Positions 1-12,500 of a stretch of 64,000 nucleotides of DNA are shown piece after piece; the first letter of the stretch is position 1; the number at the start of each line of letters is the position of its first letter. Made by a program: the position numbers and the translations under genes. This stretch comes from Oikopleura dioica (taxonomy: Eukaryota > Animalia > Chordata): assembly GCA_907165135.1 (NCBI GenBank), contig OU015567.1, forward strand, positions 5,890,001 to 5,954,000, in the 5' to 3' direction. The notes beneath the pieces are model-generated. The model was not told the DNA's origin. It worked only from the letters and a program-made list of their open reading frames with translations, and ran no database searches.

Positions 1-6
1 AAAAAA

Positions 7-112
7 TTTCTAGAACAATATGTTTACTAAAAAAATATTTTCAAAAATTTTCTTTTTAGTTGTAGTTGTGGGAAAAATAAAAAAATATTGAGTAAACAAT
101 TTGTTCTAGAAA
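7..112. repeat. Short inverted-repeat element, copy 1
   Basis: TTTCTAGAACAA..GTTTACT / AGTAAACAATTTGTTCTAGAAA around TAGTTGTAGTTGTGG; second copy at 3538-3644. Confidence 0.75.
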
Positions 113-451
113 TTTTTCCCAAAATTTGGGATTTCTGACCAATCAGATTCGAACATCGGGAGGCAGAATCCAATAAGAAGAATTCATGCTTGAATTAAGA
201 TGAAAATCCATGACGAATTGCCCGTTTTCCCGGGCAGACTCACGAGTGAGCCATCAAACAGCCGATTAATGCGTTTCAAAGGTCGAAAAGATCAAACGAT
301 TCGCCGCAAACGCTAAATTACCCAGGCCCGATCCCACGACTTCTGCCAACTTTTCAACACATCGTAATCGTAATAAGCTCAGCGTAATTTTATGTGTTCT
401 CTTGTTGGAAGTTCACCCATCCCTGTTGAACTTTCATCATCATTCTAGTAC

Positions 452-1513
452 CTGGTCAAGTTTGGCGGCCAAATCAAGGATGAAAACCTTCCCGTCTCGG
501 ACAACAATAGGGTTGATTTCCATGTAAGCAAAGTAAAGCTTTCTGTAGACAGAAAATAGCCCAACAATGAATTCCGCGACGAGGCTTTTCTGCGCCGAAT
601 CTTTCACTCCGCCCAACAGTTTTTCCTCGACCTCGGCTTTTTCAATAGCCTGGTCGACATCAACGTCCAAGCTGACGGCCTTATCATCGACGTCGCCGAT
701 GTCGACTCCTCCCTCGTGATGGAAGAGGATCTTGTCGCCAGTTTTAGTCCCAAAATCGCCACGTACATTTCATCCTTTTCCTCGTGCGCCACGAACGGCT
801 CGATGATGAAGTTCTTCAGCTTTCCACTCGTGTTTCCAATCGTAAAGGGCTCCTTCTGTTTCTCGGCAATCCAGCCTGCCGCTTCGTCGAGCGAGCATTT
901 CACCTTCACAAGTCCTAATTTGCCTCTTCGCTTAATCAATTGATCAGGCTTGGCCACGAGAGAGCTGTCCTGCGCCCATGAATGGGAGGCCCTAAGTGCA
1001 CTGAAATCCGTGGCGGGATTCACTGCTATCGCCAGATTCTTATTTGCCACGCATGGCAAGTCGATATTGTTCCAGACAAGACGCTATTCCTGGCTGTTTT
1101 TAATCTATTTCTGTTTATCAGTTTTGAAAATGGGAAGAAAATGCGTCAATTTGAAAATGCATCAAATGCGAATTTTTTCTGCTTTTCTTCTGCAATTTTA
1201 CAAAATAGCTAGTACCGCGATTCTGATTCTTGAGTCAGGATTCCTAATAATTTAGAAGAAACATTGACCATTAAAAACCGAGAAGCCGCTTGCGGCTTCG
1301 AGACAAATTAATATAATAGCCGCGCTTTGCGCGGCTTTTTTAACTAAGCTAGAAGCCGCAAGCGGCCTCTCGGTCTTTCGTGGCCAATGTTTTTTTTCTA
1401 ATTTTTAAGATTCCTGACTCAGGAATCGGAATCGCGGTACTAGCTTTAGAAAATTACTGTAATTTATCAGCCTGTTCCTTCGCATCGAACTCACTAATCG
1501 CCTTCACTGACAT
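452..1513 (-). CDS. ACLY: ATP-citrate lyase, 5' part (gene continues beyond the left edge of the window)
   Basis: Exon 1 MSVKAISEFDAK (ATG at 1513), GA-AG intron 1084-1477, then KPDQLIKRRGKLGLV, KNFIIEPFV, (frame-corrected) FHHEGGVDIGDVD, YMEINP and LDLAAKLDQ. One-base frameshift at ~752. Confidence 0.95.
1207..1445. mobile_element. Palindromic MITE in ACLY intron 1
   Basis: Inverted termini AGCTAGTACCGCGATTC..TGAGTCAGGA and internal AGCCGC/GCGGCT hairpins. Confidence 0.8.
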
Positions 1514-2144
1514 CCGGATCTGCTGCTGCGTCCGATTATTTGCGACGAGTGGCCTCTAGAATTTTCACAAAAATTAAAACGACGCTCCTGCCGGACTCTC
1601 TTTTGCCAATTCTGAGCAATTCAATCTGGCAAGGAAAGATTTTTTATACAGGGTGAGTTTATTCATTGATCTTCGCGTGATCAATATGCAGGCTCTTTTG
1701 ATTGAAAACTCGATCCAAATCAATCAGTCAGGGCTTACAGAAATACACAGTGAAACTACTATCGATACTTCTCTCTTTTCCTCTCCTTTTGGAAATTTTC
1801 ATGTTTTGGAGATTTGAGGAGAAAAGCTCGAAATTTGCAAATTCATTAAAAATCGTTAAATATTACAGTTACAGGAGGAGAAACAGAGAGAGAGCTTTAC
1901 ATAACAGAATTTGTACAATTGAAATTTTGGCCGATCGTTGTTGATTCGGCAGAATTAGGGCAGTTGGCAACAGTACGAAATTTACAAGAAGACATAAATG
2001 AATTTTTCTTTCAAAAAATTTCACAAAAGACACAAAACAGACCTGAAGATTCAGAAAGATTGAAATTAATCATCAACTAGAAATGGATTTTTGAAGAAAT
2101 TCGCGAACTTGTAACTGGGCTATTTTTCAATTTGATAAAGGAAA

Positions 2145-5100
2145 CTAGACTTGTAGACTTTCTAGCGTGCGACTTTTCGTGACATACGGTGCGTACCGTT
2201 TCCTTATGTCTTTGAATCTGTAGTGGTATCGTCTTGGAGCTCGCTTTTTCAGCCCTCCATCTGGCCCGCTGCATTTTTTCCCTTGGCATTTCTTCAGCTC
2301 CGACAAGGATTCTTTCAGAGCTTCTTTCCGGTCTTCTGGAAGCTAAAAAATATTAGTTTGAAGCCATTTGAATCCAAACATACAGTTTGAAAAGCATTAA
2401 AAGCTGGTCCTCATCTTCGTCTAAATCGTAGTACTCGTAAAACACCTCGAAATCGTCTGGGTTTTCGCTCTTTCGCTGATGGAGGTAAAATTCGCAGTAG
2501 ATGAAGTTGTCGTACGCCATGTCTTCCGAAGAATCGTCCTCAACAAAAGGAATCGCGCTTCTTGTTTCGGCGCCGATTTTGCGAAGACAAGAGTAGCCTT
2601 GCACGGACGTCATTGAGCAGTGACACTGGGGATCGCCTTTCCAAGTTGGTTCGACCTAGAAAATGATGAATTTGGTTTAATGAGTTTAAAAGTCATGTTT
2701 AGGCGGAATCTCAGCCGCTGATTGGCCGAAAAGCTCAATCGAGCACTCTTATTGGCTAAAATTTCGATCAATAAGATCGGCTATTTTCCCGCCTGCGCAA
2801 ATCTTCAAAAAGGCGCTTACAGTCCAGTATTTATCATCGACAGTAAAGCAGCTCATTCCATCCTTTTTGCAAGTCTTCTGAAAGTCGGACAATCTCGACT
2901 GTTTTCGCTCTTTTTGATCTTTCTCTCCGATTCAAACAGTTTCGGTCCCTCCGGCGTGCAGAAACAGGACGTTTGGGCAGTCGAAATCGCTGAGTTGCCA
3001 CGGTACTTGCGCTCTTTTTTCTGCTGCAAAAGTTGTTTCTTCGCTTGCTCGTAAAACTGCATCTCCTGATTGAGCATTTCAATCCTTTCTTTGACCAAAT
3101 TCAAGTCTTGTCGCCATTCCCGCGGAGAAACGTCTAAAAGAGAAAAGAGTAAGTAGGGAAGAAGAATGTTCAAATTGACTAACGATCGCAGCTGACGCGA
3201 TTTTCTTGGATCGAACAGGCCTTCAAGTCGTTTATGCTTCCGATCTTGCCCTTTTGATCATCGTTTTCAGCGGCGACCAGGGCATCTTTCATTTTCCTGC
3301 GCGACTTCCTGCTTGGGTGGCTCGATCTTCGATCATTTTTATGATTTCGTCGCTTCTGGCGTGATCTACTGACTTTGCTCGAACTGTCCGTCTTTCGCGC
3401 TGTGTCCCGTTGAGGTCGCCTATTCTGAAGGGAAAATTTAATTTTCTATATTTTTTCGCTGAAAATGAATGTGATTGGTTTATGTCTCGATCATATTCGA
3501 ATCTGATTGGCTCGAAAATCAGAACTTCGAAAGATCGTTTCTAGAACAATTTGTTTACTTCAAAAAGATATCTTTTAAATTTTCCTTTTAGTTGTAGTTG
3601 TGGAAAAGAAAATGTCATTTTTGTAAACAATTTCGTTCTAGAAACTCTAAAATTGCAGCCAAACCACTGTTTTTGAAATACGCGCAATTTTAGTCCGTTA
3701 GATCTTATTGGATTCGTTGTTCGCATACTCAAATCTGATTGGCCAGATCAAAGAAATTGGCAAATCACTCATTATTTTCGACTCATTTGCTGAGATTAGG
3801 CCCCCTACCGGTTTGATCTTATTAACCCACTCTTCGTCGCAGTTACATTGTCCAGTTCCCGGGTGAATAAATCCGGGCAGTTTACAAGTTTGAACTTTCC
3901 ACTTGCCCGTCTCTTCGTTTTGCGAGCACTTGTACTCTTTCTCCGCGGAGCATGAACCCAGCGGCTCGTCCATTTGCGAGCAAAACTCGCGGATCTGCTT
4001 GTCTTTGTCGAATCTAGCCACTGCGCTTGCTGCTGAACCGCGGCTGATGATCGAAGCGTGCTTTTCGATGATGAACTGGTCGCGCGTCTGCTCGTACTTG
4101 CCTCGCCAGACGCCGGCCATGCTCATCCCGTCCATGTGCTTCGGCGGCATCAGATACGCCAGGCCCTGGTAAACAGAGGTCAGTTGTGGGAGAGAGACAA
4201 TGGCAGAGATAATTATCGATAATTTACCAAAATCGTCGGGGCAAGGTCAATGTTGAGGACGACGTTGGACTGAGTGGTGCGCTTGATGTCTTTGCCCAGC
4301 ACGTACATGGGCACGCGGACGTCGAACTCGTAAGGGGTTGATTTGCCTTTTACCATGCCGAATTGGCCGATGTGGAATCTGAACTCTGGTTATTCGTAGG
4401 ATTCAAGGTTTAGATAAGACAATAAATATATTTATAACTGCCTTCTGAAACTGGAAAGAAAAATGAAATCAAGAAGTCGGTTCGAGCTTGAGAAAAAAGC
4501 CGCGCTTTTTGGTTCTCGAAGCAGCAAGCAGCTTCTCAATTTCACCCTTCTTTACGATTTCAAGAGGCAATTCGATTTTCTTATTGAAATCTTGCATAAA
4601 GAATACCTTACCCATGGTCAGAAGTGAAGATCATGTAGGTCTTCTCCAAAATTCCCAAGTTCTTGAACGTAAAATAGACCTTTTGACGGCTTCGTCGAGC
4701 GATAAAAGCGTCTAAAAACATCGATTATGGACATGTTTTTATCGCCGTTGAATAGTGGGGTCATTTTCATTATAAATACATTATAAATACGTCGTAATCA
4801 GAACTCGCGAGTCAGGACCGGAAAATCAGGTTGAAATATGGATTTCTGGACGAGTACCGCGCCCGATCATAAATTTTTAACTTCGAGCACTTATTGACGT
4901 CCACAACTTCCGAGGAAATTTATTGCTCCGGATCTGGCAGTTTTGAGAAACTAAGAAATAGATTTTCAAGCTACTGTTTACCAAGACTCGGCAACCTGTG
5001 TATAAATCTGAGTCAGGGTTCTGAGAGGGCTTCAACATAAATCCAGGATCCTGACTCAGGCTTTTACACAGGTGACTGAGCCATAAAAAACAATAACTTT

Positions 5101-7069
5101 TCCAAAAAGCTTGAATATTCAACAAAATCCATCTCAAAACTGATAAATCCAGAGCAACAAATTTCATCAGGCGCCTGACTCAGGTTTTTAGGCAGGTTTT
5201 CCCGTACCTGTAATCGTTTTCGCCTGAGTTGCCCTCCAAATTGCTGCTCTTCGGTCGTAAGTTTTTCCTTGGTGTCTCGGAGGAACCAATTTCTATTCTC
5301 ATTATCGTCGACATTATTAAACGCGCCAGACTTTTTCAAATGCGATTCGTCGTGATATTCAAATTCGTCGGTATGTCGCGGAGCTGCATCTGCTGGTCCA
5401 TGTGGTGCGGGAAAGTTAACAACTATAATTTCGCAGCGTTAATTTTCACACATTTTAGCTGCTGATTATTATGATTACGCTGATTATGCTTGGCTTACCT
5501 AATAATTTTGGGCTGTCAGGATCTAGCCGGTGTTGATCCTGCACCCATTGGGAAGACCGATTGGCAATAACATCTGGCCTAGTTGTCAACGATTCAACCA
5601 ACTTTATTAATTACCAAAACTACCAGGTACTAGGTACTACGCAAAATCGTAAAAAGTGAGCTCAGACAAAAACCACTTTTAGAAGCGTTTTTTTTTCAAT
5701 TACGCTTAACTACTAATTAGCTTTAATTAATTTGAGAAGTTCAGAATGTGAACTCGCTTGTTCTGAGGTCAGTTACCCGTATAGAAACCAGAGTTAGGGT
5801 CTTGAAAGAGCTAAATTTGATCTTCCAGGAGGCTGACTCATGTTTCTACACTGGCTCCTGAGCCGTGCCCTTATCACTCACATTGACAACCTTCCTGTAA
5901 AATAATCAAGCGGTAAGTCTTTGTGTTTCTCGATGAAGGAATTGTTCGGATCTTGAATGTCCGTGTTGTTCTCTGACCAGCCGTGGACGCGAACTTTGTA
6001 GTTGTAGTAGCGAGAATTGTGGACAAGCCCATGCCAGGTGTCCCAACCTGTTGGAACGTAGCTTCCGTCGTATTCGTTTAGGTACTTTCCGAACATGGCA
6101 GTTTTGTAGTCTGAGAAGGAGGTTTCTATTCTAGAGAAGAGCTGCTAGTTACTTACCGAAATCATGGAGGTACTTGGCGAAAGTGATGTTTTCTCGTTCC
6201 TTTCTCCACTGCTCTCCGCCACAAACAGGCGCCATGTTTGTCATGATGTTGTGATTTCTAGCATACATGCCCTTTCGATTGGGTCAAAAATGAACCTTGT
6301 AATTAAGCTTTCCGGAACCGGAAACGCTGGAGAAAGTTCAAAGTGTCACCGTTTGACGTCACTTTTTGTTCGTAAATTTCGTACTTTCGCGAAAGAGAGA
6401 AGTAGTTATGACTCATAACTTATGAGCTTGATTAAATAATTTAATCGCCCGCACTCACAGCTGTGTGGTTTTCGTCGCGACAAAATTGGCATTAATGAGC
6501 TAGAAATGGCCACAAGACCTTTTGACTTTGCGAAAAGTTTGAGAAAAGAGAAAGCCAGTCCCACGGTCCAGGCTTTGAAGAAAATAGATCGTCATTGAAA
6601 CAAAATCAGAATGATTTTGAAAAAAGAAAAAATTTTGACCTATTCCCGTTAAGATTGATGACCGTGAAGGACAACAGATTGGTGTGGTCACGTACGCGTT
6701 GCTAAATACAGTAACTGTTAGTTAGAAAAAGGAGGACTGGACTTCCGCTTATGTTCTTGGGAATGATTTTGAAATCAAGGAAGAAAACGAGGAACAGCTC
6801 ACCTCATGGTTGCGCCAGTAACACCTGGATTCTGAGACCATCTGTCTTCTACACCGCCAATGTGCCTTCTGGTAAAAGATAGGAATTCTTCAGAAGCTAT
6901 GTCCAAATCATCGGCGACGAAGAGGACGATGTTCGGTCGATCTCTTTTGTCTCTCGTTCGTTTTCCAAGAAGAAAATGACACCTAAGCAAATCCGGTTTT
7001 CATCAAGATTGGGGACTTAACTTACTGTAGGAGTAATAGAAGACATCGAACAGAAGATGGAGTCTTCAT
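2145..7069 (-). CDS. SULF: Extracellular heparan-sulfate 6-O-endosulfatase (Sulf1/2 family), multi-exon
   Basis: Signal peptide, [26 protein letters not shown] (formylglycine motif), [29 protein letters not shown], basic hydrophilic domain (2850-3420), and a C-terminus GMSCFT..W..CHCS..YSCLR..NFIYCEF..EYYDL..ELKKCQG. Three homopolymer frameshifts (~2400, ~2912, ~4682). Confidence 0.9.
3538..3644. repeat. Short inverted-repeat element, copy 2 (SULF intron)
   Basis: Clear similarity to 7-112. Confidence 0.75.
4983..5083. mobile_element. hAT-like MITE family A, short derivative
   Basis: CTCGGCAACCTGTG..CTGAGTCAGG / CCTGACTCAGG..ACACAGG arms. Confidence 0.7.
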
Positions 7070-7769
7070 AGTGTTTTTCTTCTTCTTTATAAATCTGTCT
7101 CTCTCTAATAATCAAAAAGAACCATTATCTCTTCCCATTTTGTGTTTTGTTTTGTTTTTGAATCAATGTTTAGGAAAGACTAGTTGGGATGTTTAAAGAT
7201 TCCGACCAAGAGAAAATAGCTTTTCTTTGGAGCCACAATTTTGGAGGAAATCAACTGACGCGCGCCATCGTGTGAAGCGAGCCCGAGCGACCCCCCGTAG
7301 TAAGAAAACAAGAGAGAGCTGCTCAGAAGACAGCGCGATCGTCGCCGCGAATGGCGGATCATTCCGATTGAAATTATTCTAATCGCAGAGGACACCCGCT
7401 GAGACGATTGAATATCAACTATTTTCTTTCTTTCCCTGTTAGCAAAAATATCTTGGGAACAAAAATATGGCAAGATAAAGTGGTTAAAACATTCGTTAAA
7501 GTTGGTTTTCACTTTGCATTAGCAAAATAAGGGTGTCACTTTTATATTTCAGAAGAAAAAACGGTCGGTTTGGGGATCATTCTGTCTTCCATCAAAATTT
7601 CGTATGCAAATGGTTCTCGAGAACAAAGACCCTTCAAGGAGGAGAATCTGAATCTTGAGAATGTTGAATCTCGTTAATGCCTTTTCCCAAAGCGCTAAAG
7701 AACACTTGAGCCTGTGGATCATGTTTCGTCATTTCTTATGTATTTATTAGCGGATAATTAAAATAATCA

Positions 7770-9247
7770 TCACAGCATATTCGATTTCGCCTTTTTCGAC
7801 AGCTTCTTCTTCGGTCCTTGTCCTTTTCCAGCACTCTGAGCAGCTCCTCGCTTCCTTCCCATGCTCTTTCCGTGCTTTTCTTCTTTTCCATCGCGCAGTT
7901 TTTCGATGTGCTCCTTAGAACGGTGAAGAGATTTCAATTAAAAGTAAATCTTACCACTCTCGCTTTCGTGGCAGCTTCATCCTTTCGCTTTTTCTTTTCC
8001 TCTTCTTTCTTCTTTTTATCGGCGGCTGCTTGCTTCGCTGCTACGTTTTGATTTTGCTGCCTGATTCGCTCTTGCTTGTCCTCAGCTGCTTTGTTGATCT
8101 TTTCCTCCATTTGCATTTTTTCCTCTTCAGTCTTGCTTTTGTACGAATGATAAAGAACTGCTCCGCCGGAAAGGCCTTCTTCGATTTTCACCAGTCGCAG
8201 ATTCATTCGAGGCCCCAGCTCGGTCAGTCTAACCTTCATTTGCCGCCCTAAAAGAAGGGATGAATAACCGCTGGAATTGATAGAATAGTGTACCTGATTT
8301 CGGGTTCGTCACTTCGGAAGAATCATCGAATTCCGATTCCGATCCGCTCATTCCATTCAAAAACTGATCCACAGATTCGTATTTTCCAAGATCAGGAACA
8401 GATTTTCCATTTTCCAACAACTTTCGAACGCGTTTACCGGCCCCAGTTCTCGTCTGAAAAATGATATTTTACAATACAAGTCATCATCCTTACCTTGATT
8501 GCATAATGTCTGAATTGAATTTGATTCGTGTCCTTGTTGTAGTGAAGCAAAACAACGCGCCGTATCGTATCCACTGCGACTTGGGAAGGCTTTATTCTCG
8601 GGAAGAGGGCGCGGAACGCTTCGTATGTGAATTTCTCCACATCTGTTTGGCTAGGAAGAGATAAGAATAGCAACCAGGGAAAAATAATATGCTGATAACT
8701 TATCAGGAAATACTTACTTGGGGAACTGTGACATAATTAACAATGGAGCATTTTTGAGCACCTTTTCATCCTTTATAGGTCGCGCTAAAGAGCTCTCAAC
8801 ATCCCTGAAAAAGAGGTTATCAAAATCGAAAAGAAGGGTGATAGTTACTTTCTCAGCGCAAACTCATCAATAGCGAAACTCATGGTGGGCCCCTTTGGCA
8901 CAGTAATCAGCCGCATTCCAACCGTCTCGCGCGTCTTCGAGAAAGTCACCAAGTGTTTCACATTCATCGGCCCTGCGATCGTGAGAAAATCCTTGAGAAC
9001 ATTGGCCTTCTTCACCTTCAAATTCGACGCTGTAAATGGCGACATGACGCGACGAAAGTCCATCATCAAGTCGTTCAGGTTCTTGCCCGTTTTGCCCCGG
9101 CAAATGACAATTGAGTGGGGCTGTTTTGCGATGCTAAAGGAAGCTATTATTGCTGCTTGTTCTAAAATGTCGATTCTACCTTTCCTCCTCGACGATTTGC
9201 CTCGCTCGCTGCTGCCTTTGCGTTCGAGATCGATCCCTCGACGGCAT
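7770..9247 (-). CDS. PPAN: Peter pan / Ssf1 Brix-domain ribosome biogenesis protein
   Basis: PHSIVICRG, DFRRVMSPFTASNLK, PKGPT, IRRVVL..IQFRHYAI, VRLTELGPRMNLRLVKIEEGL; AATAAA downstream of the stop. Confidence 0.93.
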
Positions 9248-9579
9248 TTCTTTCTAGTGCTACTTTTATGAGCAAAATGAGACGAAGAGAAATTTCGAAT
9301 GCTTGATACGTTTAAATATCATCAAATGGCAGTAGCTTCAAATAGTAATAGTAGAATAGCTGGAAATCTTTGCGGAGAAGTAAAAAAAAAGAAAGAAAGT
9401 CAAAGATCAGTAATTTCAGACAAGAAGAAAATAGAATTAGTGAAGTGAAAAGGGGGAGAAAGAAATAGTGAACTTTGTAAGGATCGGTATTGCGGGCGGT
9501 TTTCAGATTGTGAATGTTCTTTTCTTTTATACAGTGAGTAGAAATCCAAGGTCTTCGACCAGGAAGTTGAGAATTGGAA

Positions 9580-12500
9580 CTAGCCGTAATTGTTCATGGC
9601 TTGATTTTGCTGGTACATTTGCTGCTGACTTTGTGGGTTCATTTGGGCGTTCTGCGGATTCATCATCATATTTCCTTGGTTTTGATAGTTGTTCTGCATT
9701 CCCATCTTGATTTTGGATTGTTTTTTTAGGATGCATTTTTACGGAAAGAAACCTGATTGTAAGCCATGGAGTTTTGAGTGTTCATTCCCATTTGTCCAGC
9801 TTGAATCTGTGAGCGTTGCATTTGGTGTTGCTGCTGCTGCATCATCATTGGATTGTTTGGCTAGTTAGATACAGTAAAGTACAGAGCTTTTGTTGGATTA
9901 GTTTACCATGCGCATGTTTCCCATATTGGGCCAACTGTTCATTCCGTTCATTGGGCGCATTTGGTTCTGCCGCATTTGCATGTTCTGCTGCATCATGTTT
10001 GGGTTGTTCATCTACAATTGAAGAGTTATCTTTTGTCTACCGACATACCCTATTTCTGACCATGCCCATTCCGCGGCTGTAACTCATTGAAGGATTGTAA
10101 TTCATCATCTGTGGACCTCGTGGAGGCATTCCTTGATTACTCATCATTTGCATTTGACTGCTAGAAAAGATTATAGAGTAATTCATCGCCCTTTCTCTTA
10201 CTATTGCTGGCCGTAAGGGTTCATAGGTCCACGACCAGGCCCCATCGCTTGGTGCTGTCTTCCCATAGAACTGTTTGGCATTCCGTACTGGCCCATATTC
10301 ATGACTCTACCCTGCATTTGATTTCCAACGACATTTCTCAGCGCCGCACGAGTGTTCATATTTTGCTTTTCAATGCTCTTTGATTCCATTTTTGTTTACT
10401 TTTTACAATTTTTAGAAAAGTAAATTTATCTCGAATACTGTTAATCAATTTAAATTATCGATTTCGGAGCATTTCCTGGGACGGAATCATTGGCTGCATT
10501 GGGTTCATCGATGTTCTTCTCATCATATTGTTCTGCATGTTTTGCTGGTTCATCGCTTGGTTGTTCATTTGCGGGTTGAATTGAGGGTTGAACTGCGCCT
10601 GAGTCTGTGGCTGGGAGGCATTTGGCATGTTGGGATAAGGAGGGCCCATTCCGATTCCTCGTTTTGTTGGGTCGATTGGCTGCTGAAAAAAAAACGATGA
10701 AAATATGTAGAGATAGTCACTCTTACCGGTGGAAGAATGTTGTTCTCGGTCTTTGCTTCCTTTTTCGCTGGCTCCTGCACGTCATCAGGTGGAAGATCAG
10801 CAAGCTCCAGCCACTTTTCCATCGGCGAACGCGCTGGACACTCGCCCTATTACATTTATTAGTTAAAAGCATCGTCTTCACTTCCTGAAGTCATACCATT
10901 CTGACGCGATACTGCCAATGAGGAGGGAGCCTTGACGCCCTGCTCGCGCCGAACCAAGACAAGGAAATCGGAAAGGTACTCTTCAATCCTTCAATTAAAT
11001 CCCACGGGCTGACTTTTTCTTTTCCAACAGGTTTCAAGCTTCCTGTTCGCCAGGATTTCTCCTTGTCGACTGGCGCTTTTTCGTACTTGACAATGTCCAG
11101 GGAATCGCGAGGGAGGGGAATGAGCTGACGGAGGCCCATGATTTGGGGATGATCCGACTCGCCAATCTCCTTTTTGATCTTCTTCTCGATGTGGAGCTTG
11201 TCTCGACGCGAGCCAGAGCGCGTTTCGGACGGCTCAATCAGCCCCACATCTCCGCCAGCCAGATGATGGATGATCACAGCCAGCATGTCAATACACGTGA
11301 AGTAAATGTCCTCAAAGAGCTCCTCGTCAGCGAGACCAGAGACGATCAAAGAGATCAGCAGCGACGCGCAATTTAGGGTACTTAGTAACGGGCTAAAGTC
11401 GCTAGACAACCTAGTCCTGTCAAATTATTATTGATGCTCAAATTTTAGCGAATTCCAGCGCTTTTGAATCAGACACAAGTGCGGCCTGATCTTTTTCAAT
11501 AATGATCATTTTTCCACGTTTCTCATAGAGAGAGCTTCTTGCATAAAAAGCAGCTCAGATTATTTTAGTAGTAAGAGACTGATAAGAATCAACAGGAGAT
11601 AAAAATCTCGATAACTAGAGCTGGCCGATTTTGTGTTTCAAGGGAGGACATGATCTCCCGCAGTGCTAAGAGTTGCGCCCTCAACTGGCCACATTCCAAT
11701 ATAAAAAGACCTCTAAGAATGAGAGAATCATTTTTATGAAACGATACGTTTTACTAAATGAAGGGTCATCATAGTAAATCAATTACAAAACGAAACTAAT
11801 TTGTATCTACCAATTATATGTCTGTATGTCTGTCAGTACTTGACCAGTTTCAACTGAAATAAATATAAATAAACTATGAATTCTAGCCCCTTTCCTGTGT
11901 TGCAGAACAGTTTTAAACATGCCACCAATGAGCGACAACCGCAGCTGAATATTTTGAACGAGAACGGTGCGTTTCTCATCCTCTTCTTTCTGTGGCCGTT
12001 CATTTTTACAGTCACGCATGTATTCCTCCACACAATGTTGCATTTGCTCGATAAGTTTGTCGATCAAACTTTTGCGCTCCTTTTCATGGGCTTCTATGCA
12101 CACCAATATAAGGTTCAAAAATGGCAGTTGCAAGTTTGAATTCGTGTCTCGTCCAACCTAGTTTAAAACAAGCTGGTAAAAAGCAGGTCCCTATTAGGCT
12201 GTTACCTTGATGCCTGTTTCAAGCAGTAGAGTGGTCGAAGAATGAACTTTCAAGTGAACCGCTTCTGGTAAATTCGCGATCAAATTTGCCAAAAGCCAGA
12301 CGTTTGGAATATCTTTCGCGAGGCCGGTGATCTGGAACTTCTGATGCCTGCTGACCGGGGATGTCTGAATGATGTCCGTCGTTAGTTTCGCTACAGTACT
12401 GGCAAGTCTTCCGGAAGCAAAGCCGCCATGGCCCTCTGTATGTTTGAAAATGAACAGAAGGAGGAGGCGACTCTGCCTTAATGTCCAAATATCAAGATTT

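Noticed and set aside
740-770. Programmed frameshifting or pseudogene status for ACLY, SULF and MED12
   Set aside because: All lesions are one-base losses in homopolymers with otherwise intact conservation, typical of sequencing error.
2077-3420. Separate small genes suggested by the ORF track
   Set aside because: They are the hydrophilic-domain and C-terminal exons of the SULF gene.
11418-11890. Second nested gene in another long MED12 intron (TATAAAA at ~11700)
   Set aside because: Downstream ATGs give only very short ORFs with no signal peptide on either strand.
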